Source of the DNA: an uncultured Candidatus Saccharibacteria bacterium
GTDB lineage: Bacteria; Patescibacteriota; Minisyncoccia; 2-02-FULL-40-12; GWA2-44-9
Length of the DNA stretch: 64,000 nucleotides
Assembly (NCBI GenBank): GCA_964513645.1
Contig: CAZENF010000002.1
Span: 73,409 to 137,408 of the forward strand
Direction: 5' to 3'
The position numbers were made by a program, and so were the translations under genes. Shown piece after piece: positions 28,457-38,176 of this stretch; the stretch's first letter is position 1, and every line of letters begins with the position of its first letter. The notes beneath the pieces were generated by a model. That model did not search any database. It was not told the DNA's origin and saw only the letters and a list, made by a program, of their open reading frames with translations.

Positions 28457-29728
28457 TTAGTTCTCCATTAAATCTGGGTCGAAAGAACAAAATACTTTAA
28501 GATTTTGGCCGTAATAAGTTGGTATATCCGAAGTTCCACCAAGTTGAGAATCAGCTTTCAAGTACGCTCGGCTTCTTGTCTCTGTATTTAAAAGCTGAGC
28601 ACGAAGATTCTTTCTTGCTTTAATTGAATCGTTCAGGCCAAACACATAATCTGCGCAGTTTGCAGATTTTTCTTCATTCATATCGTTCACCAATGAAAGA
28701 TCTTTACTACTGGCATCAACAAGAAATTGCTGACTTGGTTTCACATACTGTATTAGTGCCGCTCGTCTCTTCGCAGAATCAAGATAATTTAGAACTATCC
28801 ATCTCTGGAGGTCGTCCCTAACTCCATCGCCATCAGAATCAATTCCTTGAAGGGTTACCTTGCCAGCATCTCCCGGGTCAACCGGAATCGGCTGGTCAAA
28901 TGTCACAACCGTTATCGGTAACGGCATAGAATATGTTCCATTATTGCCTGTCTTGTTTTTTAGCTGAAGCGTACCGGAATATCTGGTATTAACCGTATTC
29001 GGCACACGATAAGTTAGCGTGACCTGATAAGTATTGCCCTTGGTAATCGTCGAAAAACCCGCCGGACTGAAGGAAACAATCTCCTTCAATGACGGAGTAA
29101 GAAAGAAAGCGACATTACTTAAATTTTGATTGGCAGCAAACTTAACCACCACTTGAGAATATCCGTTCGGCATAAGAATTTCTGTATCTTGAGACGGGTT
29201 CCAGACTATCGGAAAACCACCATCTCCAAAAAGTAATTTTGTACCCATAAGGGTAATTACTAAGACCATGGATAGCACGACAAACCAGGGGGAACGGAGG
29301 ATTTTCATGCTCAACAACCCCGTTGTAAAAGAAGAGGCATGCCTTGGCATGCCGTCGATAGAATACGATAAAGATTGGTCCTTGTCAATGATAGAGTTGC
29401 TTTGTTTATCTTGCCCTGATTTGTCGCGATTTTTGAAATAATTTATTACTGAAATTATCAGATAAGCATACAGAGTCTGACCGATGAAAGGTAGAAAAAT
29501 AAATATATAGACAAGGGAAGGCGGTAAGTCTTTTTGGGATACCAATAAAGCGGCCAATAAAAATTGTAGGGATAAGTAACCCAAATTTAAAATTCCGAAA
29601 AATACAAAAAACACTGCACTCGTTCTGGTTATGACCTGACTTCCCCAAACAGAAAAAATGGTCATGCCTAACCCTAATACTATCGAGTAGAGAAATTTTT
29701 TCTTGGTAAATTTAAAAAAATCGAACAT
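28457..29728 (-). CDS. Hypothetical membrane-anchored extracellular protein
   Basis: 4 N-terminal TM helices followed by a large beta-rich ectodomain. ORF only. Confidence 0.4.
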   Translation of the reverse strand: MFDFFKFTKKKFLYSIVLGLGMTIFSVWGSQVITRTSAVFFVFFGILNLGYLSLQFLLAALLVSQKDLPPSLVYIFIFLPFIGQTLYAYLIISVINYFKNRDKSGQDKQSNSIIDKDQSLSYSIDGMPRHASSFTTGLLSMKILRSPWFVVLSMVLVITLMGTKLLFGDGGFPIVWNPSQDTEILMPNGYSQVVVKFAANQNLSNVAFFLTPSLKEIVSFSPAGFSTITKGNTYQVTLTYRVPNTVNTRYSGTLQLKNKTGNNGTYSMPLPITVVTFDQPIPVDPGDAGKVTLQGIDSDGDGVRDDLQRWIVLNYLDSAKRRAALIQYVKPSQQFLVDASSKDLSLVNDMNEEKSANCADYVFGLNDSIKARKNLRAQLLNTETRSRAYLKADSQLGGTSDIPTYYGQNLKVFCSFDPDLMEN

Positions 29729-29744
29729 ATCCTCAAAAACTCAA

Positions 29745-30266
29745 TTAATTACCAAGGTGCTTATTAAATCTCTCTTGGATGAGATAGATTGCGACAGAGG
29801 AAATAAAAACCAGCCAAAACATAACAATATAAAACTCTGTTTCAGTATGATGATTATAAAAATAGGTAGAAACTTGGAGGGCTAACTGCAAAGCCAAAAC
29901 AACTGTCGCCACAAAATAAGGGATGAGGACTACTGCATATTTTTGGCGATTCTCACCCATATAGACATTTGCGGTTATGGAGATGGCAAGTAAGGGCGAA
30001 ATCACTATGGCATGTAAGCCAATCGTTGCCAAATTATCAAAATAATTATATTCATTCGCCCCAACAAAAACTCTGGCCAGGTCATACAAAACTCTTTCTC
30101 CCAAAGCGAGTATCACCAAAAATAAAAGGCCGATTATAAAACCGTTTGAGGGCGTGATTTTATAATGCCAAAAGTTTTCATTTCCCTGACCACTCGAACT
30201 GCCGGTGGTTTTGCCCACAGTTCCCATAAAAATTAATACACCCACAAAAATAATAAATCCTATCAT
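29745..30266 (-). CDS. Hypothetical integral membrane protein
   Basis: 5 predicted TM helices. ORF only. Confidence 0.35.
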   Translation of the reverse strand: MIGFIIFVGVLIFMGTVGKTTGSSSGQGNENFWHYKITPSNGFIIGLLFLVILALGERVLYDLARVFVGANEYNYFDNLATIGLHAIVISPLLAISITANVYMGENRQKYAVVLIPYFVATVVLALQLALQVSTYFYNHHTETEFYIVMFWLVFISSVAIYLIQERFNKHLGN

Positions 30267-30270
30267 ATTT

Positions 30271-30957
30271 TTATTTATTTATATTTCTATAACGTTGAAT
30301 TGCCCAGACTACCCCGGTTAAAACAACCCCCATCAGAATTAAAACAAAATAAACCCCGAAAGTAGCGTTAGCGTTTAAGAGTACCAGTCCAACCTGAAAT
30401 AGTAGCCAAATTAAAAGCCAGCCTGAGGTTATGTAATACGGGAGGAGAAGAACCATCAGTCTTTCTTTTTTCTCCCTGTAAAAATAATACATTAAAAATG
30501 TAATGAACCAGAAAGGCACGACGATTAAGGCATCTACCGTCAGTCTGGTGGTGATATTATCACTAGCGTGGCCAGGAATGTCACCGTAGTAACTGGAATA
30601 TCCGGGGACAAAATAATTCACCGCATCGTCAATCGTTTTATTCATCAGGATTGCCAGGGAGATGAATAAAAGGATAGCCAAGATAAGTGAGTATGGAGAA
30701 GTTGTTTTAGGTCTCGAAACGGTCGCTTTTTTAGATTCCGCCGGCTTCATCTCACCCGGACTTACCGAAGAAGTTCCAGGAGTCAAAGGTTGAGGGATTG
30801 GTACTCCTGACATGTTCTCGAGGTTTATAAAATCAAAAGCGCCCTTAATCTGTTGTTCTTGCCAACCATTACCCAAGAGAACTTCCTTGATCGTTTCATC
30901 GGAAGCTCCCTGAGCCCGGGAATTCTTAATATAATTAACGAGATTTTTATCAGTCAT
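30271..30957 (-). CDS. Hypothetical membrane protein
   Basis: A soluble N-terminal domain followed by 4 TM helices. ORF only. Confidence 0.35.
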   Translation of the reverse strand: MTDKNLVNYIKNSRAQGASDETIKEVLLGNGWQEQQIKGAFDFINLENMSGVPIPQPLTPGTSSVSPGEMKPAESKKATVSRPKTTSPYSLILAILLFISLAILMNKTIDDAVNYFVPGYSSYYGDIPGHASDNITTRLTVDALIVVPFWFITFLMYYFYREKKERLMVLLLPYYITSGWLLIWLLFQVGLVLLNANATFGVYFVLILMGVVLTGVVWAIQRYRNINK

Positions 30958-31005
30958 AATAACTATATAATCCTATCACTTTAAAAAATAACCCTAAATA
31001 CATTA

Positions 31006-31905
31006 TCAACAAGATACCAGCCACTTCTTATACTTCCCGACCTGACCTCTCACTATCTTACCGTACTCTGAACTTATTTTCATAGTTACCGGGCCAGGAA
31101 TGCCTAAACCGATTTTGCGGCTGTCTAATTTAACGATCGGAGTTACTTCAACTGCCGTACCGGTAAAAAAAATCTCCTCCGCGTTTTTTAATTCCCCGGG
31201 TTTTATCTTTTTCTCAATCGTTCTTATTTCTAAATCTTTGGCTATCTTTATAACACTGTCACGGGTAATGCCGGGGAGGATTGAGCCCAGAGATGGTGTG
31301 AAAAGTTTGGAATTTTTAACCATGAAAACATTCTCACCTGCCCCCTCAGCCACATAACCCTCTTCATCAAGCAGGATTGCTTCGTCCGCTCCTTTTTTCT
31401 TTGCTTCGGCAGATGCTATTATCGAATTGACATAGTAGCCGGAAATCTTCGCCTCCATCGGAACAGCTTTGGGACTTAGCCGACGATGTTTAGCAATTGC
31501 GACCGACAAATTTCTATGGCCATAGAGCGCGCCCCAGGGCCAAGCAATTATCGCCACGTCAACTTTAGAACCTGCCACATCAAGATCTATCCGGTCATAA
31601 CCTGAAAAAGCGACCGGACGGATGTAGCACTCCGTCAGACCGTTTGATTTAATCGTGGCAAGGATGGCTTTTTTAATTTGTTCGCGTGAAAAAGGTATTT
31701 TTATCCCGAGATATCCGGCTGAATTAAAAAATCTTTTGACGTGATCATCGAGCCGAAATACCGATCCCCCGTTGCCAGTCCGGTAACACCTGATGCCTTC
31801 AAAAATTCCGGTCCCGTAATGCAGCGCATGCGTTAAAACATGGACCTTGGCCTTGTCCGAAGGAACGAGATTGCCGTTGAACCAAATTTTCTTAACTTTT
31901 AGCAC
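31006..31905 (-). CDS. ilvE: Branched-chain amino acid aminotransferase (class IV PLP fold)
   Basis: IWFNGNLVPSDKAKVHVLTHALHYGTGIFEGIRCY, the typical IlvE N-terminus. 299 aa. Confidence 0.8.
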   Translation of the reverse strand: MLKVKKIWFNGNLVPSDKAKVHVLTHALHYGTGIFEGIRCYRTGNGGSVFRLDDHVKRFFNSAGYLGIKIPFSREQIKKAILATIKSNGLTECYIRPVAFSGYDRIDLDVAGSKVDVAIIAWPWGALYGHRNLSVAIAKHRRLSPKAVPMEAKISGYYVNSIIASAEAKKKGADEAILLDEEGYVAEGAGENVFMVKNSKLFTPSLGSILPGITRDSVIKIAKDLEIRTIEKKIKPGELKNAEEIFFTGTAVEVTPIVKLDSRKIGLGIPGPVTMKISSEYGKIVRGQVGKYKKWLVSC

Positions 31906-31991
31906 GTATTTACTATATCATCAATTTATGCTAAATTATACCGAGGTTCTACGATATATCTATGTCGTCCGGAACCTCGTTAATTCAATAA

Positions 31992-32504
31992 ATGGAAAAA
32001 CATCTCAGAATAAATGCCCAGATACGCATCCCTGAAGTCCAGTTAATCGACGACAAGGGTGCTCAATTGGGTACAATGTCGACGTTCGACGCCATGCGCT
32101 TGGCCCATGAAAAAGGCTTAGATTTGGTAGAGGTTGGGCCTCAAATGAAGCCCCCCATTGCCAAAATCATGGATTATGGTAAATATATGTACCGCAAAGA
32201 GAAGCAGGAGCGCAGTCAAACCAGGCAAAAAGACCAGGAGATGAAAACCGTTCGCGTCGGTTTCAAAACCGGTGAGCACGATCTCAAATTCAAATCCGAA
32301 CAGATAGACGAGTTCCTCAAAGACAACCGTCCGGTCAAAGTAGAGCTGACGTTAAGAGGTAGAGAGAAAGGTCTGGCAGGAATGGGTAAACAAAAATTAG
32401 AGAACTTTCTCAAACTTATCGCCGAATCGTATTCTGTCAGTAATCCTATCTCAAAGTCCCCTTACGGCTGGATAATCGTAATTAGAAAAGATAAGAAAAA
32501 ATAA
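31992..32504 (+). CDS. infC: Translation initiation factor IF-3
   Basis: INAQIRIPEVQLIDDKGAQLGTMSTFDAMRLAHEKGLDLVEV. First gene of the infC-rpmI-rplT order. A non-ATG start is likely, as is typical for infC. Confidence 0.85.
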   Translation: MEKHLRINAQIRIPEVQLIDDKGAQLGTMSTFDAMRLAHEKGLDLVEVGPQMKPPIAKIMDYGKYMYRKEKQERSQTRQKDQEMKTVRVGFKTGEHDLKFKSEQIDEFLKDNRPVKVELTLRGREKGLAGMGKQKLENFLKLIAESYSVSNPISKSPYGWIIVIRKDKKK

Positions 32505-32514
32505 AATTTAAACT

Positions 32515-32715
32515 ATGAAAAGCGCAAGCGATAAAACAAATAAATCATTGGCGAAAAGAATAAAGATAACCGGCAGCGGGAAGATTATGAAGCGTCCGCC
32601 GGGACAGAATCATTTTAACGCCAAAGATTCAGGTTCAAAAGGCCGCAGAAAGCACGGTTTTGTTCAGGCACCCAACGAATTGGACAGAAAAGTAAAAGCT
32701 TTAATTTTCAACTAA
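32515..32715 (+). CDS. rpmI: Ribosomal protein L35
   Basis: 66 aa, basic, …KRIKITGSGKIMKR…. Conserved operon position. Confidence 0.8.
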   Translation: MKSASDKTNKSLAKRIKITGSGKIMKRPPGQNHFNAKDSGSKGRRKHGFVQAPNELDRKVKALIFN

Positions 32716-32716
32716 T

Positions 32717-33055
32717 ATGGCACGAGTAAAAAGAGGGGTAAAACAACACGCAAGAAAGAAAAGACTCTTGGAAAATACCAAGGGTTTTAAGTGGCGCCGT
32801 AAGACCCATTACCGAGCTGCCAAAGAAGCAATGCTTCATGCCTGGTCATTCCAGTTCGCCGACAGAAAGAAAAAGAAACGTGACTTCCGCCGGCTGTGGA
32901 ACGTCAAGATAAACGCCGCCGCCAGAGAGAACGGACTAAGTTATTCGAAACTTATCAATAAACTCAAACAGGCCCAGATAGAACTCGACCGGAAGATGCT
33001 TTCACACCTCGCTGAAGTGCATCCGGAAGTTTTCAAAAAAGTTATCTCCCAATAA
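32717..33055 (+). CDS. rplT: Ribosomal protein L20
   Basis: MARVKRGVKQHARKKRLLENTKGF…. Confidence 0.9.
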   Translation: MARVKRGVKQHARKKRLLENTKGFKWRRKTHYRAAKEAMLHAWSFQFADRKKKKRDFRRLWNVKINAAARENGLSYSKLINKLKQAQIELDRKMLSHLAEVHPEVFKKVISQ

Positions 33056-33080
33056 AAATCCCCTCTCGGGGATTTTTATT
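33054..33080 (+). terminator. Rho-independent terminator after rplT
   Basis: aaaatcccc-tctc-ggggattttt. Confidence 0.6.
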
Positions 33081-33304
33081 TATTGTTCGAGTTTTCGTAT
33101 TTCTTCTTCTATCTTCTCGAGCTGTTCAGCATCGTCCGGATGAGACTCTGTACTCATTCCTGTTTCGACCTGGGCCTTCCAATCTCTAAGCTCGGCCAGT
33201 CTTTTTTCTTTATCCTCGGGTGTCATCTCTTCGACGCTGGGAGTCAGCTGGGTATTATCATCCGCCGCCTCACTGCCGAACATATTTTTAAATGGGTTTT
33301 CCAT
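33080..33304 (-). CDS. Hypothetical small acidic protein
   Basis: ORF only. Its ATG directly abuts a conserved hairpin element (33305-33412). Confidence 0.3.
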   Translation of the reverse strand: MENPFKNMFGSEAADDNTQLTPSVEEMTPEDKEKRLAELRDWKAQVETGMSTESHPDDAEQLEKIEEEIRKLEQ

Positions 33305-33412
33305 CCCGTACGAAGTAGCCCTTGCAGGGTCTGAAGGTCAAATATTTGCCATTCACATCCACACAAGAACCCAATAACTACCCCGTCCAAAGTTTTCACT
33401 ACTTCGTACGGG
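33305..33412. repeat. Hairpin element with 16 bp terminal inverted repeat ATCCCGTACGAAGTAG…CTACTTCGTACGGGAT
   Basis: A perfect 14-16 bp inverted repeat separated by about 80 nt. It belongs to the same family as 4169-4231 and 42173-42202. Confidence 0.6.
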
Positions 33413-33510
33413 ATCCATACACTAATTTTATCAAATTAATCCGGAGCGCAAACTTTTTTTGTTCACAACTCTATTCAAAATAAAAAGCCGACAAATTGTC
33501 AGCTAATATC

Positions 33511-33903
33511 TTATGGATTCACTAATTGGAAATTCCCGCTACCAACAGTGAAGATTTGAGCGTTATCCTGAAGTACTATCTGGTAAACTCCCGGCAACAA
33601 AGAAATGTTCTGCAGAGTCGAGCCAGCGGTCCAGGTCTTAGTATCCGTGAATAGTGCGTTAGTTGAGATTAGGTAAGCGTTATAACCGTCATAAACGTAA
33701 ACATTCACAAAATCCCCGGTCGGAAAACCGGTACAGCCGGAACAGGTCCAGCTTATAATTACCGAAGCGCCCATTCTGTAAGTTTCGCCTGCCAGAGGAC
33801 TGCTTATCGTCATTGTTCCGGACGGTGAAGGTGAAGTAGGAGATTTGGAACAACCAAGAAAGAACAGACTATTTAAAAGAACAAAAACTGTAAAAGCTTT
33901 CAC
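33511..33903 (-). CDS. Hypothetical lipoprotein/secreted protein
   Basis: Signal peptide with a lipobox-like LGCS. Confidence 0.35.
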   Translation of the reverse strand: MKAFTVFVLLNSLFFLGCSKSPTSPSPSGTMTISSPLAGETYRMGASVIISWTCSGCTGFPTGDFVNVYVYDGYNAYLISTNALFTDTKTWTAGSTLQNISLLPGVYQIVLQDNAQIFTVGSGNFQLVNP

Positions 33904-33966
33904 ATTTTTCCATACATATGAAAGTGGCGATATATTAGCATTCTGGACGGAGGATGTCTATAAATT

Positions 33967-33996
33967 AAAAGGTGCGGGAGTTCCCGCACCAAAAAG
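33967..33996 (-). terminator. Rho-independent terminator (usable on both strands)
   Basis: aaaaggtgcggga-gt-tcccgcaccaaaaag. Confidence 0.55.
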
Positions 33997-34007
33997 AATC
34001 GTGAAAA

Positions 34008-34367
34008 TTATAACCCTCTAAACTGGAGCAAATTCTGAGCATCTGCTCGTAACAGGATCTCTTTAACTTCTTTAACTTGTTTTACAACTTTACGACGGAA
34101 GAAAAGTCCAAATTTCTCGATAACTTCACGGGTTTGAAAAACAATCAGACTCGGCCCTTCTGGGATTATTCTGACCTTATCCATTCCCTTATCGATACCA
34201 CAATCCACACTTGCACCAAGAGTGACCGAAGCGTAAATGTCGACAGAATCACCCGTTTCCGCGTCTCCGTAGACTATGGTAATACCATGACCCATCGCGG
34301 CTGATGAAAAAGGAAACATAAGCAATATCGGATATGACTTTTCGCCGGTTCCAAGCTGGGTATTCAT
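34008..34367 (-). CDS. Hypothetical protein
   Basis: ORF only. A weak resemblance to a small beta-barrel was considered but not accepted. Confidence 0.3.
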   Translation of the reverse strand: MNTQLGTGEKSYPILLMFPFSSAAMGHGITIVYGDAETGDSVDIYASVTLGASVDCGIDKGMDKVRIIPEGPSLIVFQTREVIEKFGLFFRRKVVKQVKEVKEILLRADAQNLLQFRGL

Positions 34368-34470
34368 TCTCCGCTTCTCCTTTAAAGGATCTGACTGGTT
34401 ACATTTATATAATATAATAGAAATAATGTCAATAGGCCTGCGCTATTCTTTGAGAATTAAAACGCCGGAA

Positions 34471-34683
34471 TTATCCAGCGTTTCTTTTCTTGATCCTATT
34501 GAAAACATATTTAAGAACAGATCGGATGACCAAGGTCCAATATACAACCGTAAATCCGATAAGCAGGATTGGATCGTTTTCCCTAAATGCGATTAAAAAA
34601 TAAGGTCCTCCAAAGACCATGTACACAACAATCACCGATAGAGGAGCTGGCAAAGTGTGTAGCCAGTCCAAAAAGCGGCTCAT
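34471..34683 (-). CDS. Hypothetical small membrane protein
   Basis: Two predicted TM helices. Confidence 0.3.
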   Translation of the reverse strand: MSRFLDWLHTLPAPLSVIVVYMVFGGPYFLIAFRENDPILLIGFTVVYWTLVIRSVLKYVFNRIKKRNAG

Positions 34684-35004
34684 CTGATCCTCGCAATTTA
34701 AGTTAGCTTTAAGATTATAAAGGAATATGAGTTGTGTGTCAATGGATATGGCCGACGGGATTTGGCTACAAGTTTGAATCTCATCGGATCACTCGACTCA
34801 ACTCGTGGCCTCTCACGGTTTAAATCTGCTGACCGAAACATCGCTTCGGTTTTAAAATCCCGTACGCAAGAACTCAAATCCTCGCTCGGAGCCCCCCCCC
34901 TCTCTAAAAGCAGAATCAAAACCACCCATTGCAGGTGGTTTTGATAGGATGCGCACCTCGGTCTACTGGCCTCGGTACTTCCTCACTCATCTTTCGGTCG
35001 CAGC

Positions 35005-35130
35005 GCCAATAGACCCGTCTTGACTCGGTCGATCCGAGGCGGACCCGTCTCGCCAAAGGCGAAGCCGAGGCGGAGAACACTGGAAAACTTTGTTACTGGA
35101 TATCTATAGTTATTTTATCAGAAACCCGCA
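35005..35130. repeat. Composite GC-rich intergenic repeat, copy A
   Basis: Shares gccaatagacccgtcttgactcggtcgatccgaggcggaccc(g/a)tctcgccaaaggc… with copy B. Shares gagaacactggaaaactttgtt…ctatagttattttat with copy C. Internal palindrome ctcggtcgatccgag. Confidence 0.7.
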
Positions 35131-35230
35131 ATTGTTGATAAATCATTGACATTTCATGCTATATTTGATAACATTGGTATACAAATGGCTTAGGCCTCGC
35201 CCCCGCCCTCAAAAGCGGGGGAGAACTTTT

Positions 35231-35635
35231 TTAGGGCTGTTTTTTCTTAAAATTTACCTGAGTAATTGCTTCAAACAAATTATTAAAGACATCTTCATCA
35301 AGTATGCCGACTTTATTGGCTAATCTTTTACGGTCTATAAACCTGACCTGCGACAAAATAGCTGTTGCCTCTCTGCCGTCAACTTCTCCCACAACAAAAT
35401 AATACTTACCCTTCTTTTTTGTTGTAGTTAGGGGCACAATAAGACAAGCGTCTAAGTTAAATTTCTTTATTATAACTACTGGCCTTTGAAAATCTTTACC
35501 TGTTCCGTCTTGTTCAAAACCAATATTGACTCCGAGCGAACACCACCAGACTTCCCTCTCGTGAAAAAATACCTCGCTTTTTCGAACATCAAGATTTTCT
35601 TTAATGCCATGCCACTTCTTAAAATCTTTATTCAT
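35231..35635 (-). CDS. mazF: MazF/PemK-family endoribonuclease toxin
   Basis: …REVWWCSLGVNIGFEQDG…RPVVII…SQVRFIDRKRLANKVGILDEDVFNNLFEAI is closely parallel to the NdoA/MazF pattern …EQIRTIDKQRLTDKIT.LDDEMM.KVDEAL. The start is chosen at MNKDFKKW. The track ORF extends to 35794 by reading through repeat copy B. Confidence 0.7.
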   Translation of the reverse strand: MNKDFKKWHGIKENLDVRKSEVFFHEREVWWCSLGVNIGFEQDGTGKDFQRPVVIIKKFNLDACLIVPLTTTKKKGKYYFVVGEVDGREATAILSQVRFIDRKRLANKVGILDEDVFNNLFEAITQVNFKKKQP

Positions 35636-35681
35636 TCCGTTATTAAAACAAAAACTGGATTTAATTACCAGTTTTATCGGG

Positions 35682-35865
35682 CCAATAGACCCGTCTTGAC
35701 TCGGTCGATCCGAGGCGGACCCATCTCGCCAAAGGCCAGCTTCAACCCAATGAGACAAGCGAAGCCGAGGCGGAGAACACTGCCTGCCCGCCAAAGCCTT
35801 GGCGTAGGCGGGGAAAACTTTGTTAATACGGATTCATACATATTGTATTAGAAATCCATTGAATA
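35682..35865. repeat. Composite GC-rich intergenic repeat, copy B
   Basis: Same modules as copy A, plus an inserted block cctgcccgccaaagccttggc that is the reverse complement of a block in copy C. Confidence 0.7.
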
Positions 35866-35937
35866 TGCCAGAATTAACATTAATATCAAAACAGAAAACC
35901 TCGCACCAGAAAGACACGAGGTCTCCTATGTACGAGG

Positions 35938-36576
35938 TTATGAGTTGGAATGCTCCAGGTGTTCTGAGGCTACTTGGTACAGCCCTGATTCTTCATCGGC
36001 AACATGCTGAATCATGGCCCAATCGTTTTGGTCCAGCTTATTTTCGAAACGAAGGGCTTTTTGCAGAAAGGCTTCATTCTCTTCAAGATGCAAGCAGACA
36101 TCCTTATAATACATTCTGTTCGCCACTTGCATTAGCTCATTGACAGTCGTTGCCGACTTGATGGCCTTGAGCAATCGAGAGTCAGCCTCATCTTCGTTAT
36201 ACCTAGTCAAACGCTCTACAACCCAGCCGTAAAGGTATTTTGGCCAGATAATACTGTCCACCAAGAGGCCAACTGTGATGAAAATTACGCCCCAGAGGAC
36301 TTTGTGATTCTTGCAGAACTCGTCTAAGGCAGTGGCAACCTTGACGGTCATTTCTTGCTCTCGACTATTGATGGGATAGTGGACGGTCCTTTCTCCGAAA
36401 ACTTCTTTTTTGATACCCTTCTTTTTCAGAAGAGTGTCGCCAACCGTATCAAATTCTTCTTCACCAAACAACGCATCCATCAATGCACCCCAGCCCTTAA
36501 AAACAGATACTGTATGGGCTATGCCAATGAGAAAACTAACCAGAAGATACATCTCGATATACCACATAAAACACAC
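35938..36576 (-). CDS. Hypothetical membrane protein
   Basis: ORF with 2-3 TM helices. No motif recognised. Confidence 0.4.
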   Translation of the reverse strand: MCFMWYIEMYLLVSFLIGIAHTVSVFKGWGALMDALFGEEEFDTVGDTLLKKKGIKKEVFGERTVHYPINSREQEMTVKVATALDEFCKNHKVLWGVIFITVGLLVDSIIWPKYLYGWVVERLTRYNEDEADSRLLKAIKSATTVNELMQVANRMYYKDVCLHLEENEAFLQKALRFENKLDQNDWAMIQHVADEESGLYQVASEHLEHSNS

Positions 36577-36763
36577 CCCCTCAAAGAACTGATTATCTAT
36601 ATTATACCACTATTTTAAGTAATTACAATAGCAACCAAGAGACACTGTTTCTGGTGTTTTTTGTAAGTTAATTTTTCCATTCCCCTTGGCCCCCGCCAAA
36701 AATTAGTTTTCGGAAAACTTAAAAAATTAAAGTAATACCTTAATTCCTTGGTCATTTCATCCT

Positions 36764-36880
36764 GACCCCGCCTGTGCCAAGGCTTTGGCGGGCAGGCATT
36801 CTCCTTGAGCAGGGCCAATAGAGAACACTGGAAAACTTTGTTCCGGGAGCTCTATAGTTATTTTATTAGGAATCCCTTTG
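36764..36880. repeat. Composite GC-rich intergenic repeat, copy C
   Basis: gccaaggctttggcgggcagg…gggccaatagagaacactggaaaactttgtt…ctatagttattttat. Confidence 0.7.
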
Positions 36881-37309
36881 CTCCAGATTCGGCTTATTTT
36901 TGAAGAAAAAAAGCTGAATAAGATTAACAACGCCCAAGAACATTAAGAAATCGATAAAGAGCCCCAGGGGGTTAAAATAAACATTACATATTTCATCATT
37001 AATTCTGTCCCAATGGCCATTTACATCCACAGGCAATGGATTAAATGTTTCATAAAATGTTGACTGCAAAGGGGGACAAAATATTGGTTCAAAATCAATC
37101 GAATTTATATGAGGAAAATTGGACGAACTTTCAGCTTCAGATATTTTATTTCTATGCCAGATTATTAGATAGCTCTCAATCGGTAATTTCAATGTGGGAA
37201 ATTCTAAATATGCATTAACTTTAGCGACAGCAATTAATAACAAAATGGAAGTTATAACTAATTTCGGCTTAAAGAATTTAATCATTTTCAATAACCATCC
37301 TCGCGGCAA
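36866..37309 (-). CDS. Hypothetical secreted/membrane-anchored protein
   Basis: ORF with an N-terminal hydrophobic segment. Confidence 0.35.
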   Translation of the reverse strand: MPRGWLLKMIKFFKPKLVITSILLLIAVAKVNAYLEFPTLKLPIESYLIIWHRNKISEAESSSNFPHINSIDFEPIFCPPLQSTFYETFNPLPVDVNGHWDRINDEICNVYFNPLGLFIDFLMFLGVVNLIQLFFFKNKPNLEQRDS

Positions 37310-37586
37310 GCCGCGAGGTATTACAACAAGGCTAATTGCCCCTTGTGAAGCCTAACGTATTCTTGCTCTTTTCCTTGATTTTTAACATATGTAGTTATAG
37401 CCTCTTCGCTCTTGTGTTTTCCCACGGTTGAAATGAAGTGGACCCCATTCTTAAGACACTGAGTTGATATGTATTTTCATTGTATCAAGACTGCATTTTT
37501 GAGCAAATATCGTCGGCGGCATCTTTAAGGCAGAATGTATCTGCATTGGATTTTCGAGCTTTCCAAACCAAATGCAGATACAAAAT

Positions 37587-37658
37587 CTCAACTAGCAGCG
37601 CCACGGGGAATCGAACCCCGATACCAGCCTTGAAAAGGCTGTGTCCTAACCGTTAGAC
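37587..37658 (-). tRNA. tRNA-Glu (anticodon TTC)
   Basis: Minus-strand sequence GGCGCCA-TC-GTCTAACGGTTAGGAC-A-CAGCC-TTTTCAA-GGCTG-GTATC-GGGGG?TTCGATTCCCC-GTGGCGCT. Cloverleaf with anticodon stem CAGCC/GGCTG, loop TTTTCAA (anticodon TTC) and T-loop TTCGATT. G1·U72. No CCA encoded. Confidence 0.7.
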
Positions 37659-37990
37659 GATGGCGCCATATTATATAAGATTATGTCAAAAATTTTACCG
37701 AAATTCAAGAAAAATGACGGCACGTTGCCGTCATTCAAACCCTTAGGTTAAGGAGTTATTTATCCTTCGACTTGGCTTTCTCCAGCACCCTCTTACAGTG
37801 AAGGAACAGGTTTACCCTTTCGATGATGGTCATCTGGGGTCCCGCCTGAACAATTTTCTCTTCTTTTTCCACCCTTAGGCCTCCTTGAAACTTTCGAGTA
37901 TTATACCACCAAATTAAATTAAAATCAATATCTCTATTGACGTTTATTTTTTTCGTATATAATTAAAGAACCCTTTCAAAGGAGTCAGAT

Positions 37991-38176
37991 ATGAGCCAGA
38001 GTGTTCTTGAGCGAACCAAGGTTGATATACAAGAAGCAATGGAATTGGCGGGAGTTTCTCGGAGAACCATTTACAATTGGTTGCGCGATAACAAGGTTGA
38101 GTATGTCAGAACCGCCGGCGGATGTGTAAGAATTTTCACAGATTCACTCTTCAAAGAAGGCAACAAAGCCCAGTAA
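37991..38176 (+). CDS. Excisionase/MerR-like helix-turn-helix DNA-binding protein
   Basis: AMELAGVSRRTIYNWLRDNKVEYVRTAGGCVRIF, the HTH_17/excisionase-type pattern. A candidate promoter TTGACG…TATAAT lies about 35 nt upstream. Confidence 0.55.
   Translation: MSQSVLERTKVDIQEAMELAGVSRRTIYNWLRDNKVEYVRTAGGCVRIFTDSLFKEGNKAQ

Noticed and set aside
34008-34367. Resemblance of the 119-aa protein to pyruvoyl-dependent aspartate decarboxylase PanD (…LGASVDCGID… vs YEGSCAID)
   Set aside because: The matching segments occur in the wrong order relative to PanD, and the similarity is short. Kept as hypothetical.
35636-35794. N-terminal 53-aa extension of MazF in the track ORF
   Set aside because: It is read-through of GC-rich repeat copy B. 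The MazF-like sequence starts at MNKDFKKW.
34930-36900. Calling the repeat array a bona fide integron
   Set aside because: No intI integrase or attI is in the window. The R'/R'' core sites GTTRRRY do not match cleanly (GTTACTG, GTTAATA, GTTCCGG). Kept as cassette-like.
37739-37858. Possible 39-codon minus-strand ORF (GTG…VEKEEKIVQAGPQMTIIERVNLFLHCKRVLEKAKSKDK) with a strong AAGGAGG RBS between tRNA-Glu and the HTH gene
   Set aside because: Too short and unrecognised to call. It may be a small regulatory protein. It would need conservation or ribosome profiling.
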